Positions 18,425 through 28,284 of a DNA stretch of 64,000 bases are shown here, piece by piece; position 1 is the stretch's first letter, and each line of letters opens with the position of its first letter. The notes under the pieces were generated by a model. The model saw only the letters and a list, made by a program, of their open reading frames with translations, did no database searches and was not told the DNA's origin. The translations under genes were made by a program, and so were the position numbers. Source of the stretch: a virus (Duplodnaviria; Caudoviricetes); IMG/VR virus record IMGVR_UViG_3300047323_000320, positions 484-64,483 of that record; one strand, written 5' to 3'.

Positions 18425-19446
18425 CGATGCAAGGCTATTCCACCGCGCCCTCGCGGAACCTGATTCGTGCAGAACAGACGATGCTCAAGCACGCCGAACC
18501 GATCATCGTTCTCGGTAACTTCGGCACGCAGCAGGAGCAGCCGACGCGCAAGACGGACACGGTTGTGTTCCGCCGCCTGAACCCGTTCAACATGCAGGCG
18601 AACGGCACGCCGGGTATCACCGCGCAGAACTTCATCCTGGCTGAAGGCACCACGCCGAACGCCAACACCATCGCGTACACGGACGTGTCCGTGACGCTGC
18701 AACAGTACGGCGTGCTGTTCAAGTTCAGCTCGAAAGTCGAACTCATGTATGAGGACGACATTCCGAGCGACATGGCACAGCTGACCGGCGAGCTGCTGGC
18801 AGAAGTCGCCGAACTCATCCGCTACGGCGTCGTGAAGGCCGGCACCAACGTGCTGTATGCAAACGGCTCGACCCGCGCCGCTGTGAACAGCGTTATCTCG
18901 CTGAACCGCCTGCGCCAGGCCGTGCGCGCGCTGGAAGTGAACCGCGCAAAGATGGTCACGCAGCGCCTTTCCTCGGGCGTGAACTACGGCACGTCGCCGG
19001 TGGAACCGGGCTATATCGTGTTCCTGCACACCGACTGCGAATCGGACGTGCGCAACCTGCCGGGTTTCACCAAGACGGCAGAGTACGCGCAGTTCAAGCC
19101 GGTGCATGAGCGTGAAATCGGCTCGGTGGAGCGCTTCCGCTTCGTCACGTCGCCGCTGCTCTCGCCGTTCCTCGGCGCGGGCTCGGGCACGCTGAACGGT
19201 TGCGTGTCGGTAGGCGCTACGAACGTGGACGTTTACCCGATGATCGTAATGGCCCAGGAAGCGTGGGGACAGGTCGCGTTGAAGGGCATGGGCGCGGTGA
19301 AGCCCACGATCCTTAAGGCGTCCGAACGGAACCACGCGAACCCGCTGGGCCAGTTCGGCTACGTGGGCGCGAATTTCTGGACTGCAGCAGTTCGTCTGAA
19401 CGAGAACTGGATGGTCAGGCTGGAGGTAGGCGTTTCGGCGCTGTAA
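18421..19446 (+). CDS. Major capsid protein (N4-gp56-like family)
   Basis: L.EG.TP, L.QYG, EIG.VE.FRF and NPLGQFGYVG motifs. Confidence 0.9.
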   Translation: MTMQGYSTAPSRNLIRAEQTMLKHAEPIIVLGNFGTQQEQPTRKTDTVVFRRLNPFNMQANGTPGITAQNFILAEGTTPNANTIAYTDVSVTLQQYGVLFKFSSKVELMYEDDIPSDMAQLTGELLAEVAELIRYGVVKAGTNVLYANGSTRAAVNSVISLNRLRQAVRALEVNRAKMVTQRLSSGVNYGTSPVEPGYIVFLHTDCESDVRNLPGFTKTAEYAQFKPVHEREIGSVERFRFVTSPLLSPFLGAGSGTLNGCVSVGATNVDVYPMIVMAQEAWGQVALKGMGAVKPTILKASERNHANPLGQFGYVGANFWTAAVRLNENWMVRLEVGVSAL

Positions 19447-19490
19447 TCACTCTTGACGGGCCAGCGTGAGCTGGCCCCGGAGAAACGGAC

Positions 19491-19679
19491 ATGACTGAAA
19501 GCGTCAACCAACGCGGCAAGTCCATCACTGGCTCGGCGAATCAGCGCGCGATTGAAGCGCTGCTGACTTCGATCCAGGTGGACCTTGTTGCAATTCGCCA
19601 GTTCATGGCGACACACCAGCATAGCGCGCTGAACGCTGCGCCCTCGACGGCGCCGGCGGCGCTCAACACTCTCCCGTAA
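19491..19679 (+). CDS. Small virion protein (putative)
   Basis: SD present; directly after the capsid gene. Confidence 0.6.
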   Translation: MTESVNQRGKSITGSANQRAIEALLTSIQVDLVAIRQFMATHQHSALNAAPSTAPAALNTLP

Positions 19680-19689
19680 AGGAAAAACG

Positions 19690-20181
19690 ATGAGCTACAA
19701 CCTGACTGGCGCCTTTTACGGCGGCAATATCACCCTGGGCAAGGCGGGCCTCGCAGCCGGCACGACCACGACCTATTCGATCGCCACGGCATTCACGTAT
19801 GCGATCAAAGGCCAGCTGTACAGCAAGGGCACGGTCACGAACGCGGCTTCGCCCGTGACCGATCTGAACACGGGCGTCGCGTTCAAGCCGCTGTCGGCGA
19901 ACCAGGCCTGCGTGTTCGCGTTCACCGTGGACGCCTCGGGCGTCGTCGGCGTCGCGCAGGGCCCGATCGTGTCGAACCTGGACCTCACCGGCGGCGCCGG
20001 CGCGGCTCAGTTCCCGGCGACGGCGGATGGCGTCACGCCGTTCGCTTACCTGCTCGCACAGGCAGGCCCGACCGCCGTGGGTACGTGGACGTTCGGCGTC
20101 AACAACCTGTCGGGCGTCACGGGTCTGTCGTACGCGTTCCGCGACATCCTGGCCGTACCGGCACAGCCGATCACCGGCTAA
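19690..20181 (+). CDS. Putative capsid decoration protein
   Basis: Thr/Gly/Ala beta-rich; lies before the terminator that follows the capsid gene. Confidence 0.65.
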   Translation: MSYNLTGAFYGGNITLGKAGLAAGTTTTYSIATAFTYAIKGQLYSKGTVTNAASPVTDLNTGVAFKPLSANQACVFAFTVDASGVVGVAQGPIVSNLDLTGGAGAAQFPATADGVTPFAYLLAQAGPTAVGTWTFGVNNLSGVTGLSYAFRDILAVPAQPITG

Positions 20182-20220
20182 TACCGTGTCTCCAGCCCCG
20201 CCGCAACGCGGGGTTTTATA

Positions 20221-20252
20221 GCGGCCGTCCCTCGGGGCGGCCGTTCTTTTTT
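20221..20252 (+). terminator. Intrinsic terminator
   Basis: CGGCCGTCC-CTCG-GGGCGGCCG followed by a T-run. Confidence 0.8.
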
Positions 20253-20280
20253 GTGCCCATAAAAAACACCTGGAGCAGGC

Positions 20281-20796
20281 ATGAGCAATACCAACAAACC
20301 GAATCCGCCGCGCGTGCCGAACGTCGCGCCGACGCAGCGATTCGAAACCAACGACGTTCAGATTGAAGGCGACAAGCCCATCGCGATTGACGAGATTCGC
20401 TCGTACAACGCTTCGGGCGGTCTCGACCTGGAACAGATCACGGGCGGCAGCGCCACGACTGAACAGCTCGAACTCGAAGCGTTCATGAACGAGACCCTGG
20501 TCATTGTCGTGCAGGAAAGCGCGGACGAAGAGGCGCTGCCGATCGTGACGCTCACCGTCAACGGCGTGACGCAACCGATCATGCGCGGCGTCGCGACGCC
20601 AGTGAAGCGCAAGTATGTCGAAGCCCTCGCGCGCGCCAAGGAAACGAAATACAAGCAGTCGCTCTCGGACCCGTCTGACCCGTCCTCGATTGCGATGATC
20701 GGGCGCACGGCGCTCGCCTATCCGTTCGTCGTTGAAAAAGACCCGAACCCGAATGGCTTCGCATGGCTACGTGAAGTGCTGAAGCAACCTGCATAA
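20281..20796 (+). CDS. Conserved hypothetical protein
   Basis: AFMNE, VNG...I.RG...VKRKYVE.LARAK and YPF.V..DPNP.G.AWL motifs. Confidence 0.75.
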   Translation: MSNTNKPNPPRVPNVAPTQRFETNDVQIEGDKPIAIDEIRSYNASGGLDLEQITGGSATTEQLELEAFMNETLVIVVQESADEEALPIVTLTVNGVTQPIMRGVATPVKRKYVEALARAKETKYKQSLSDPSDPSSIAMIGRTALAYPFVVEKDPNPNGFAWLREVLKQPA

Positions 20797-20807
20797 GAGA
20801 GGGGCGC

Positions 20808-21488
20808 ATGAACTTCGTTGACCTGGTTGAGGACTTGCGCGTGGAGTGCGGCGTGTCCGGCACTCGGCTTATCACGGTGCAGAGTCTGAACGGCGAGCTG
20901 GACCGTCTGCGCAAGTGGACCGTGGACGCGTGGAACATGATCCAGATGAAGCACCAGGACTGGAAGTTTCTGCGCGCCTACTTCACGTTCACCACGACCC
21001 CAGGCAAGCAGTCGTACACGCCGGCAGAAGCGGGCGTGCCGACGCTGGACCTGTGGCAGCAGGACTCGGTGTGGATGTATCAGACCTCGCGCGGCGTCGT
21101 GGACCAGATGCCGCTCGGCGCGATGGCCTGGGAGCATTTCCGCCGCATGTATCTCATGGGCGGCCAGCCCCAGGCGCGGCCGATGGCGTTCTCTATCAGC
21201 CCTGAAAAGACCTTCTGGCTCGGGATGATTCCCGACAGCACTTACACCCTCACGGGCGAATACTGGCGCGATCCGCAGACCCTGGTTGAGGACACGGATG
21301 TGCCGCTGATGCCGGCGAAGTATCACAAGCTCATCGTGCTTGAAGCGATGAAGAAATACGCCGGCTTCGAAGCGGCCGCCGAAGTCATGCAGCGCGCCAA
21401 TTCGGAAAGCGGCCCGCTCTGGAATGCCCTCGTCATCGACCAGCTGCCGCAAGTCACGATCGCGGGGGGCTTCAATGGCGACTGCTAA
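20808..21488 (+). CDS. Head-tail adaptor / tail tubular protein A-like
   Basis: Size, position and PD..YTL..EY...P..L..DTD.P..P..YH motif. Confidence 0.7.
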   Translation: MNFVDLVEDLRVECGVSGTRLITVQSLNGELDRLRKWTVDAWNMIQMKHQDWKFLRAYFTFTTTPGKQSYTPAEAGVPTLDLWQQDSVWMYQTSRGVVDQMPLGAMAWEHFRRMYLMGGQPQARPMAFSISPEKTFWLGMIPDSTYTLTGEYWRDPQTLVEDTDVPLMPAKYHKLIVLEAMKKYAGFEAAAEVMQRANSESGPLWNALVIDQLPQVTIAGGFNGDC

Positions 21489-23319
21489 TCCGGTCCTGAC
21501 CGAATACTTCCCGCTCTCGGGCGGGCTCGACCAGGTAAGCCCGACGCTCTCGCTCAAGCCGGGGATGGTGCGCGATGGCGTGAACTATGAATGCGCCACG
21601 ACCGGCGGCTATACGCGCATCAAGGGCTACGAACGCTACGACGGCCGCCCGTCGCCGTCCGAACAGCCGTATTGGGTCCTCACGGGTTCAATCGCGGGCG
21701 TGTCGATCGGACAGACCATCACGGGCGCCACGTCCGGCGCTACGGGCGTGCTGTGCTACGTCGACACGTCGACCACACCGGGCGTTACCTACATTGCGTT
21801 CACGAAGCTCGTGGGCTCGTTTGCGCCGGCCGGCGAACAGCTGAAGGTGGGCGCTGTAGTCGTGGGCTCGTGCGTAGGCTCTGAAGCGCGGTCGGCCGCG
21901 CCGTCGCCGGCAACGGACGTGGTGTATCAGAAAGCGGCCGCCGACGTTTACCGCGCCGACATTGGCCCGGTTCCGGGAAGCGGGCAGGTGCTGGGCGTGT
22001 GGATGTACAACGATGTCGTCTACGCTTTTCGCAACACGGCGGACGGCACGGCCGCGAAAATGTACAAGGCGACCGGCACCGGCTGGCAGCTCGTGACGAC
22101 GCCCACGCTGGCACCGGGCGGCCACTACGAATTCGTGAATGCGAACTTCGGCGGCACGACCGCGATGCAGAAAATGTTCGGCTGTGATTCTGTGAACAAG
22201 GCGTTCATGTTCGACGGCACGACGTTCACGCAGATCACGACGGGCATGACGCTGGACACACCGAACCATATTGAAGTCCACAAGAATTTTTTGTGGCTTG
22301 CGTTCGACGCCAGCCTGCAGCACTCGGCGATCGGCGATCCGACAACGTGGAGTGTCGTGGTCGGCGCCGGCGAAATTGCGCTGGGCGAGAAAATCACGAG
22401 TCTCAAATCGTATATCGGTAACAGCTCGTATATCGGTTCCAGCGCATCGAACGCGATGCTGATTCACACATCCAGCAAGACGCAGATTCTGTATGGCTCC
22501 AGCAACGCTGACTTTAGCCTCTCCAAGCACTCGGACGTATCCGGCGGGCTCGCCGGCAGCGTGCAGATCGCGGACCAGCCTTACTACATGTCGGAGCTGG
22601 GCCTGACCAATCTCCAGGTCACGCAGGCATACGGCAACTTCATCCAGTCCTCGCTCTCGCAGACCATTAACCCGTTCATCCTGCAGGAGAAGTCGCGTAT
22701 CACGACGAGTTGCATCGTGCGTGAGAAGAGCCAGTACCGCCTGTTTTTCAACGACGGCTATGCGCTCTATGTGACGTTCCTGAACGGCAAGGTGCTGGGC
22801 ATGATGGTGCAGAACCTGGGCATTCCGATCCGTACGGTCTGCTCGCTGAAGAAGGCAGATAACAGCGAGTGGATTTTCGCGGGTTCCGACTCGGGCTATG
22901 TGTACCAGATGGAGAAGGGCCCGAACTTCGACGGCCTGCCGATCCTCTCGTATCTCAGTCTCGTGTTCGCGGCGTTCAAGTCGCCGCGCATCCGCAAGCG
23001 CTGGCGCAAGGCGGTGCTGGAAGTGAAGGGCTCGGGCTACCTGGAATACGCGGTATCCAAGGACCTTTCCTGGATCAGCCCCGACATCGCGCCGTCGCGG
23101 CCCCTCGTTCAGACCGCGCAGCTCCAGGGCATCCCGTGGGACACGTTCGCCTGGGATGAATTCTTTTGGGATGGCGTGAACAACGCGCCGGCTGAAGTGC
23201 AGCTGGACGGCACGGGCGAAAACATGGGGCTTCGCGTGTCCACGCAGAGCGACTGCTTCGACTCGTACACCGTGGAAAGCGTGATTGTTCACTACTCCAT
23301 GCGTCGACAACTGAGATAA
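21475..23319 (+). CDS. Tail nozzle / tubular protein B-like
   Basis: Beta-rich, ~614 aa, follows the adaptor gene. Confidence 0.7.
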   Translation: MATANPVLTEYFPLSGGLDQVSPTLSLKPGMVRDGVNYECATTGGYTRIKGYERYDGRPSPSEQPYWVLTGSIAGVSIGQTITGATSGATGVLCYVDTSTTPGVTYIAFTKLVGSFAPAGEQLKVGAVVVGSCVGSEARSAAPSPATDVVYQKAAADVYRADIGPVPGSGQVLGVWMYNDVVYAFRNTADGTAAKMYKATGTGWQLVTTPTLAPGGHYEFVNANFGGTTAMQKMFGCDSVNKAFMFDGTTFTQITTGMTLDTPNHIEVHKNFLWLAFDASLQHSAIGDPTTWSVVVGAGEIALGEKITSLKSYIGNSSYIGSSASNAMLIHTSSKTQILYGSSNADFSLSKHSDVSGGLAGSVQIADQPYYMSELGLTNLQVTQAYGNFIQSSLSQTINPFILQEKSRITTSCIVREKSQYRLFFNDGYALYVTFLNGKVLGMMVQNLGIPIRTVCSLKKADNSEWIFAGSDSGYVYQMEKGPNFDGLPILSYLSLVFAAFKSPRIRKRWRKAVLEVKGSGYLEYAVSKDLSWISPDIAPSRPLVQTAQLQGIPWDTFAWDEFFWDGVNNAPAEVQLDGTGENMGLRVSTQSDCFDSYTVESVIVHYSMRRQLR

Positions 23320-23323
23320 GAAC

Positions 23324-24664
23324 ATGGCAAACGGTTACTACACGCACTCGACGTATCCGGCCACGAACTCCGCAGGCTCGTCGGCCGCCATGCGTGCTGA
23401 GCTGGACGCGGTAATGGCGGGCTTCGGCCTGCTGCCGGACCCGCTCGGCCTGGGACAGAAGGGCTTCACCGGCGGTTCGTGGAACAACCCCGTTGTGACC
23501 AACGGCACGTTCACGCTCGGCACGCTCGACGCGATGGTGCTGGGCGGCGTCACACCGGCGGCGGCACACGTCACGACGCTCGGCGCGAGCGGTGCGGTCA
23601 CGCTGGCGAGCGGCGGCAGTCTGACGGGCACGTTCACCGGCATCGCCGGCGCGATCCTCTCGGCGTTCGCCATTACCGGCGGCTCGATCAACAACGCGCC
23701 GATTGGTGCCACGACACCGAACACGGGCAGTTTCACGCAGCTCACCGTTAGCGGCTCGGCGACGTTCAACGGGCCGATTGTCACGACGGGCGGTTTCGCG
23801 TCCGGCTCGGGCTCGCTGGAGCTGGGCAGCACGTCCGCATCGCAGCTCGCCTATATCGACTTTCACAGCTCGGGCCAGAATCTCGACTATGACGCGCGAA
23901 TTGGAGTCGTAGGCGGCGGTGGCACGCTGGGTCAGGGCGCGATGAGCTACACGGCGGCGTCGCACGCGTTCAACACGCGGCCGACGTTCGCCGGCGCCGT
24001 GCCGTGGGACGCGGGCAACCTGCCCAATCCGTTCCAGACGACCGGCGGGCATATCACGGGCGCGACGACGTTTGATCTGCGGCCGACGTTCAATGGCTCG
24101 ATCCCCTGGGACCATCTGAATCTGCCCTCGCCGTTCCAGACGACCGGCGGCATTATCACCGGCGCGACGCAGTTCTCCAGCCGGCCGACATTCAACGGCG
24201 CAACGCCCTGGGATACGAGCAACTTCAACCCCGGCAGCTACGTCGCGTTCGGGCAGACCGCGACGTATGCGGACTCGGCCCTCGCGCTGCGCTCGGGTGC
24301 GAACCCAGCCGGCAGCCGCATGGTGTTCAACTGGTCGGGCCAGGGCGGCCAGCCTCAGTGGGTGTGGGGCGGCGCCGATGGCGTCAACATGTACGTCTAC
24401 AACCCGTCGAACTTCAGCGTCAGCTGGGCGGCTAACGCCGGGGCCGCCAGCAGCGTCGGCGGTGTGTCCAACCCGGCGACGAATGGCTCTACCTGCCAGT
24501 GGACCACGGGCATTGTGGAGTTCGGACCCCTGACACCGGGCGGAACCATGAACGCTTCGGCGCCTTACGTCATGGTCGGCTGGCGTACCACGGACAGCGG
24601 TTTTCTATCCGTGAATGACGGCGGTCATAACTGGATTCGCTGTGTTGCTTTAAGGAACCAGTAA
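23324..24664 (+). CDS. Tail fibre protein
   Basis: Three ~33-aa repeats RPTFxGxxPWD; YIDFH...DYDARI motif. Confidence 0.8.
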   Translation: MANGYYTHSTYPATNSAGSSAAMRAELDAVMAGFGLLPDPLGLGQKGFTGGSWNNPVVTNGTFTLGTLDAMVLGGVTPAAAHVTTLGASGAVTLASGGSLTGTFTGIAGAILSAFAITGGSINNAPIGATTPNTGSFTQLTVSGSATFNGPIVTTGGFASGSGSLELGSTSASQLAYIDFHSSGQNLDYDARIGVVGGGGTLGQGAMSYTAASHAFNTRPTFAGAVPWDAGNLPNPFQTTGGHITGATTFDLRPTFNGSIPWDHLNLPSPFQTTGGIITGATQFSSRPTFNGATPWDTSNFNPGSYVAFGQTATYADSALALRSGANPAGSRMVFNWSGQGGQPQWVWGGADGVNMYVYNPSNFSVSWAANAGAASSVGGVSNPATNGSTCQWTTGIVEFGPLTPGGTMNASAPYVMVGWRTTDSGFLSVNDGGHNWIRCVALRNQ

Positions 24665-24674
24665 AGGAAAAGCT

Positions 24675-25082
24675 ATGAGAACAAGTGCCCAGCTGTCGTG
24701 GTGCCTTAGAAAGCTGTTCCCCGGCACGCAGAACGGCGTCGATTACCTGATTGGTCAGGAAACTGACCTGGCAGGCAACCAGATCGCCGACGCAAAAATC
24801 TATCAGTGGAGCCGGGAAGATTTAAAGCAACCGGATGAAGCCGCGTTAGCGAGCGCTCTTGCCAGATACGCGCAGGAGTATGCGCAGCTCGTGGCCGCAG
24901 CGAAGGCGCGGGACCAGCGTACGCCCCTGCTGGCTCACGCCGACGCGCTGATCCACACGGCCGAAGATGCCGGACAGACCGACAGACTCCCCGCGCTGCG
25001 AGCGTACCGCCAGGCGCTGCGCGACGTGCCGCAGCAACCTGGTTTTCCGACACAAATCAGCTGGCCCACGATGCCGGCGTAA
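24675..25082 (+). CDS. Tail fibre assembly chaperone (XkdW-like)
   Basis: YRQALRDVPQQPGFP..I.WP C-terminus. Confidence 0.8.
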   Translation: MRTSAQLSWCLRKLFPGTQNGVDYLIGQETDLAGNQIADAKIYQWSREDLKQPDEAALASALARYAQEYAQLVAAAKARDQRTPLLAHADALIHTAEDAGQTDRLPALRAYRQALRDVPQQPGFPTQISWPTMPA

Positions 25083-25090
25083 CTGGAGCA

Positions 25091-25294
25091 ATGACGATGA
25101 TTGAAACCTACACCCTGACGCTGCCGAAAGCCGGCATGGACCTGGTTATCGCGGGCCTCGCTGAGCTGCCGTACCGGTCGGCCAAGCCGTTTATCGAAGA
25201 GGCAATGCGCCAGTTCATCGCACAGGAAGCAGCCGCAGGCGTGCCGCAACCTGGCGGCGAAACCGAACCGGAGCCGCCGGCGGCCGCCGACTAA
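25091..25294 (+). CDS. Small conserved tail-region protein
   Basis: L.ELPY....P.I motif; GGAG SD. Confidence 0.65.
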   Translation: MTMIETYTLTLPKAGMDLVIAGLAELPYRSAKPFIEEAMRQFIAQEAAAGVPQPGGETEPEPPAAAD

Positions 25295-25314
25295 CGCGCA
25301 CACGCGCAGCACGC

Positions 25315-25338
25315 AAAGGGACGCTTCGGCGTCCCTTT
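25315..25338. terminator. Hairpin / terminator
   Basis: AAAGGGACGC-TTCG-GCGTCCCTTT. Confidence 0.65.
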
Positions 25339-25357
25339 CGCATTTCTGGAGCCCGAC

Positions 25358-25588
25358 ATGACCTTGATTGACGACGTGAAGAAAGTGCTGCTGCGTTCGT
25401 GGTCCGTACGCCTCACCGTGTTGTCCGCCGTCGCGGGCGCACTCGCACAGTTTCAGGACCAGCTCCCCGCGATCCAGCCGTATGTGCCGGCGCACCTGCT
25501 GGGTCCGCTCTCGATTGCCTGCGCGCTCGGCGCGACGGTCGCGCGCGTGATCCGCCAGGAAAGTATCTCCGGGGCGCCGCATGAATGA
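25358..25588 (+). CDS. Holin (putative)
   Basis: Two hydrophobic segments, WSVR and ARVIRQ motifs; upstream of the lysozyme. Confidence 0.7.
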   Translation: MTLIDDVKKVLLRSWSVRLTVLSAVAGALAQFQDQLPAIQPYVPAHLLGPLSIACALGATVARVIRQESISGAPHE

Positions 25589-26081
25589 CTACGAGCTGAC
25601 GCTGGATGACCTGACGCTCACGAAGGCTTCAGAGAACTGCAAGCTCATCGCTTACCCCGATCCAGCATCGCCCCTCGCGCGCGGCACAGGCGCTTCAGGC
25701 GCCCCGTGGACGATCGGCTGGGGGCATACCGGCCCCGAAGTCCACCAGGGCCTTGTATGGACCCAGGCACAGGCCGATGCGCAGCTGCTCGCCGACATGG
25801 CGCGCGCCGAAGCGAACGTGCGCGCATTCGTGAAGGTCCCGCTCTCGCGCGAGGAATTCATCGCGCTCTGTGACTTCGCTTTCAACATCGGCAACCAGGC
25901 GTTCGACACGTCGACGCTGCTGGCCAAGCTGAACCGCTACGACCTGGAAGGCGCGATCGCAGAGTTCGCGAAGTGGAACAAGGCGGGCGGCCGGGTGCTG
26001 AACGGTCTCATCAGGCGCCGCGACGGCGAGAAAGCGCTGTTCCTTCTCGGCTGTGACTTCTCGGAGAGCGCCCATGTTTAA
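25581..26081 (+). CDS. Endolysin, GH24 lysozyme
   Basis: E..AYPD...WTIGWGHTG, FAFNIG and W.KAGG.VL.GL.RRR..E motifs. Confidence 0.92.
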   Translation: MNDYELTLDDLTLTKASENCKLIAYPDPASPLARGTGASGAPWTIGWGHTGPEVHQGLVWTQAQADAQLLADMARAEANVRAFVKVPLSREEFIALCDFAFNIGNQAFDTSTLLAKLNRYDLEGAIAEFAKWNKAGGRVLNGLIRRRDGEKALFLLGCDFSESAHV

Positions 26082-26583
26082 CCCCTACGTCCTCATCGGC
26101 GTTCTCGTCACCTGGCTCGCCACGCTCGGCGCGGTCTACGTGAAAGCAACCAGCGACGAACACGCGCGCGACATCGCAGCCAGCGCCAAGGTGCTTGAAC
26201 AGAAGCTCGCGGCCGCCGAATCAGATTGGGCTACGAACTATCAGGCGGCTCTGGAACTGGAGCAGGAGAAACAGGCCAATGAACGCAAGCGTTTATCTCA
26301 TTCACATGCTGTTGCGGTGGCTGTGGCAGCGGACCCGAAAGCTCGCGATTGTGGTCTGTCTGCTGACTCTCTCGGGGTGCTTATCGGCTCCATCCGTGCC
26401 GCCAACGGCGCCCAGGATGCCGCCCCCGGCGGCGGCAATGGTGGACTGCAACCCGGCGACGGAACCGCCGGACGGAACCCTGGCGGGAGTGTCGTTCGCG
26501 CTGGACAGCACGGCGTGGACGCTCTCAGCGTGCCGCCTGGCGTTCAGGGAACTGCGGGGCTGGGTCAATCAAACGTGGAGTAA
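26074..26583 (+). CDS. i-spanin (Rz-like)
   Basis: N-terminal TM helix plus coiled coil, after the endolysin. Confidence 0.75.
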   Translation: MFNPYVLIGVLVTWLATLGAVYVKATSDEHARDIAASAKVLEQKLAAAESDWATNYQAALELEQEKQANERKRLSHSHAVAVAVAADPKARDCGLSADSLGVLIGSIRAANGAQDAAPGGGNGGLQPGDGTAGRNPGGSVVRAGQHGVDALSVPPGVQGTAGLGQSNVE

Positions 26584-26587
26584 ATAA
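26279..26587 (+). CDS. o-spanin (Rz1-like lipoprotein), overlapping the i-spanin
   Basis: Lipobox LSGC followed by a Pro-rich segment; alternative reading frame. Confidence 0.75.
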   Translation: MNASVYLIHMLLRWLWQRTRKLAIVVCLLTLSGCLSAPSVPPTAPRMPPPAAAMVDCNPATEPPDGTLAGVSFALDSTAWTLSACRLAFRELRGWVNQTWSK

Positions 26588-26588
26588 C

Positions 26589-27809
26589 ATGGCGGGACTC
26601 ATCAACGACGCAACGGGCGCCGCGCAGATGGCGCCGGCCGCGCAGGCGACGACCACGAACGCGACCGCTGGCCAGGCCACGTCGACCAACGCGACGGCGA
26701 CCGGGTACGACCCGGCGAAGTCGAATTCGGCGAGCTACAACGCGACGACCGGCAACGCAGCAAGCGCGGCACTCGCGACCAATACCGTCGATGGAAAACA
26801 GACCGTCGCGGGCCAGCTCAAAGACATCATGAGCGACAATTCGCCGCTGCTGCAGCAGGCACGCGCGAACTCGCTTCAGCAGGCGAACTCGCGGGGCCTC
26901 GTGAATAGCTCGATGGCTCAGAGCGGCGCTGATGCGGCCGTGCTGTCGACGGCGCTGCCGATCGCGCAGCAGGACGCAACCACGTACTTCCAGAACGGTA
27001 CGAACACAGCGGCGGCCACGAACCAGAACAGCCAGTACAACGCGACGAACCAGCAGGACATGACCAAGACGAATCTTGGTTTCACGAACTCGGCGAGCGC
27101 GGCGAACGCAGCGAATCAGCAGCAGACGAACCTGGCCAACCAGAACGCGACGAACACGGCTTCGCAGTTCGGCGCGGCCGCACAGAACGCGGCCAGCTCG
27201 CAGAACGCCCAGCAGGCTACGGCGGTATCGCAGTCGAATGCGCAGAATCAGACCAGCGTATCGCAATCGAACGCGCAGGCCGCCAACAGCACGAGCCAGT
27301 TCAACGCAACCGCGTCGAACAATCAGGCGCTTGCGCAGATGGACAACGACCTCAAGGCGTTTCTCGATACGCAGGACAACGCCAACAAGATCACGCTGCA
27401 GGCGATGGACGGTGCGACGAAAACGACGCTGGCCAACATCCAGGCGCAATACCAGGAAGCGCTGCAGTCCTCGCAGTCGGCCAGCGACATCTACAAGACA
27501 ATCGTCGGCAACATCAGTTCGATCATGACCAACAAGGACATGGACGCGTCGGCCAAGCAAACCGCCGTCAACCAGCAGACCGCGCTGCTGCAGTCGGGGC
27601 TGAAGGTGGCGGGCGCCGTGTCGAACGTGGACCTGAGCCAGCTACTCAACTTCGACCTGAGCAGTTCAGTTCCGCAGCCGGACTACTCGGGCTCCAGTGG
27701 CCTGCACAGCACGTATGTGCCGCCGTGGGCGGACATCAACACGGGCGGCCGCAGCGGCAACGGCGGCGGACCCGGCGGTGGCAACGGTGGCAACGGCGGT
27801 GGAGAGTAA
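26589..27809 (+). CDS. Ejection / internal virion protein (putative)
   Basis: A/Q/N/T-rich; located before the large internal proteins. Confidence 0.7.
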   Translation: MAGLINDATGAAQMAPAAQATTTNATAGQATSTNATATGYDPAKSNSASYNATTGNAASAALATNTVDGKQTVAGQLKDIMSDNSPLLQQARANSLQQANSRGLVNSSMAQSGADAAVLSTALPIAQQDATTYFQNGTNTAAATNQNSQYNATNQQDMTKTNLGFTNSASAANAANQQQTNLANQNATNTASQFGAAAQNAASSQNAQQATAVSQSNAQNQTSVSQSNAQAANSTSQFNATASNNQALAQMDNDLKAFLDTQDNANKITLQAMDGATKTTLANIQAQYQEALQSSQSASDIYKTIVGNISSIMTNKDMDASAKQTAVNQQTALLQSGLKVAGAVSNVDLSQLLNFDLSSSVPQPDYSGSSGLHSTYVPPWADINTGGRSGNGGGPGGGNGGNGGGE

Positions 27810-27818
27810 GAGGCGACC

Positions 27819-28274
27819 ATGACAATTACATACGGGACCGAAAGCGTCGCGGAAGTGCGGCGCGACATTGAGCCCCTTCTGGAGCTGCATTACGAAGAAG
27901 TTGCCATGCACAAGGACGCTATCTCACTGGCGCCCGATTGGGCGCGGTATGAAGCGCTCGAAGCTGGCAACCGCCTCATGGCATTCACCGCGCGCGACGA
28001 CGGCCGGCTGATTGGCTATAGCGCCTGGTTCATGGATATGCACATCCATTACGCCGGCGCGCTCATCGCAACCAACGATGTCATTTTCGTCCACAAGGAT
28101 TACCGCAAGGGCTGTAGTGCGGGCACTGACCTGATTCTGTACAGCGAAAAAATGCTCAAACAGATCGGCGTCACGAAGGCCGTGTGGCACATCAAATTCG
28201 AACACGACTGGAGCGCGATTCTGCGTCGACGTGGTTACGTCAACGAAGATTTCACGGTCGGCAAAATTCTGTAA
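27819..28274 (+). CDS. GNAT-family acetyltransferase
   Basis: TARDDG.LIGY, D.IFVH.DYRKG..G..L and L.RRGY motifs. Confidence 0.8.
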   Translation: MTITYGTESVAEVRRDIEPLLELHYEEVAMHKDAISLAPDWARYEALEAGNRLMAFTARDDGRLIGYSAWFMDMHIHYAGALIATNDVIFVHKDYRKGCSAGTDLILYSEKMLKQIGVTKAVWHIKFEHDWSAILRRRGYVNEDFTVGKIL

Positions 28275-28284
28275 AGGGGCGGCA

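Noticed and set aside
23324-24664. Tail-fibre repeats as a diversity-generating retroelement or invertible cassette
   Set aside because: No reverse transcriptase or invertase, and no adenine-specific template/variable repeat pair; these are ordinary in-frame structural repeats
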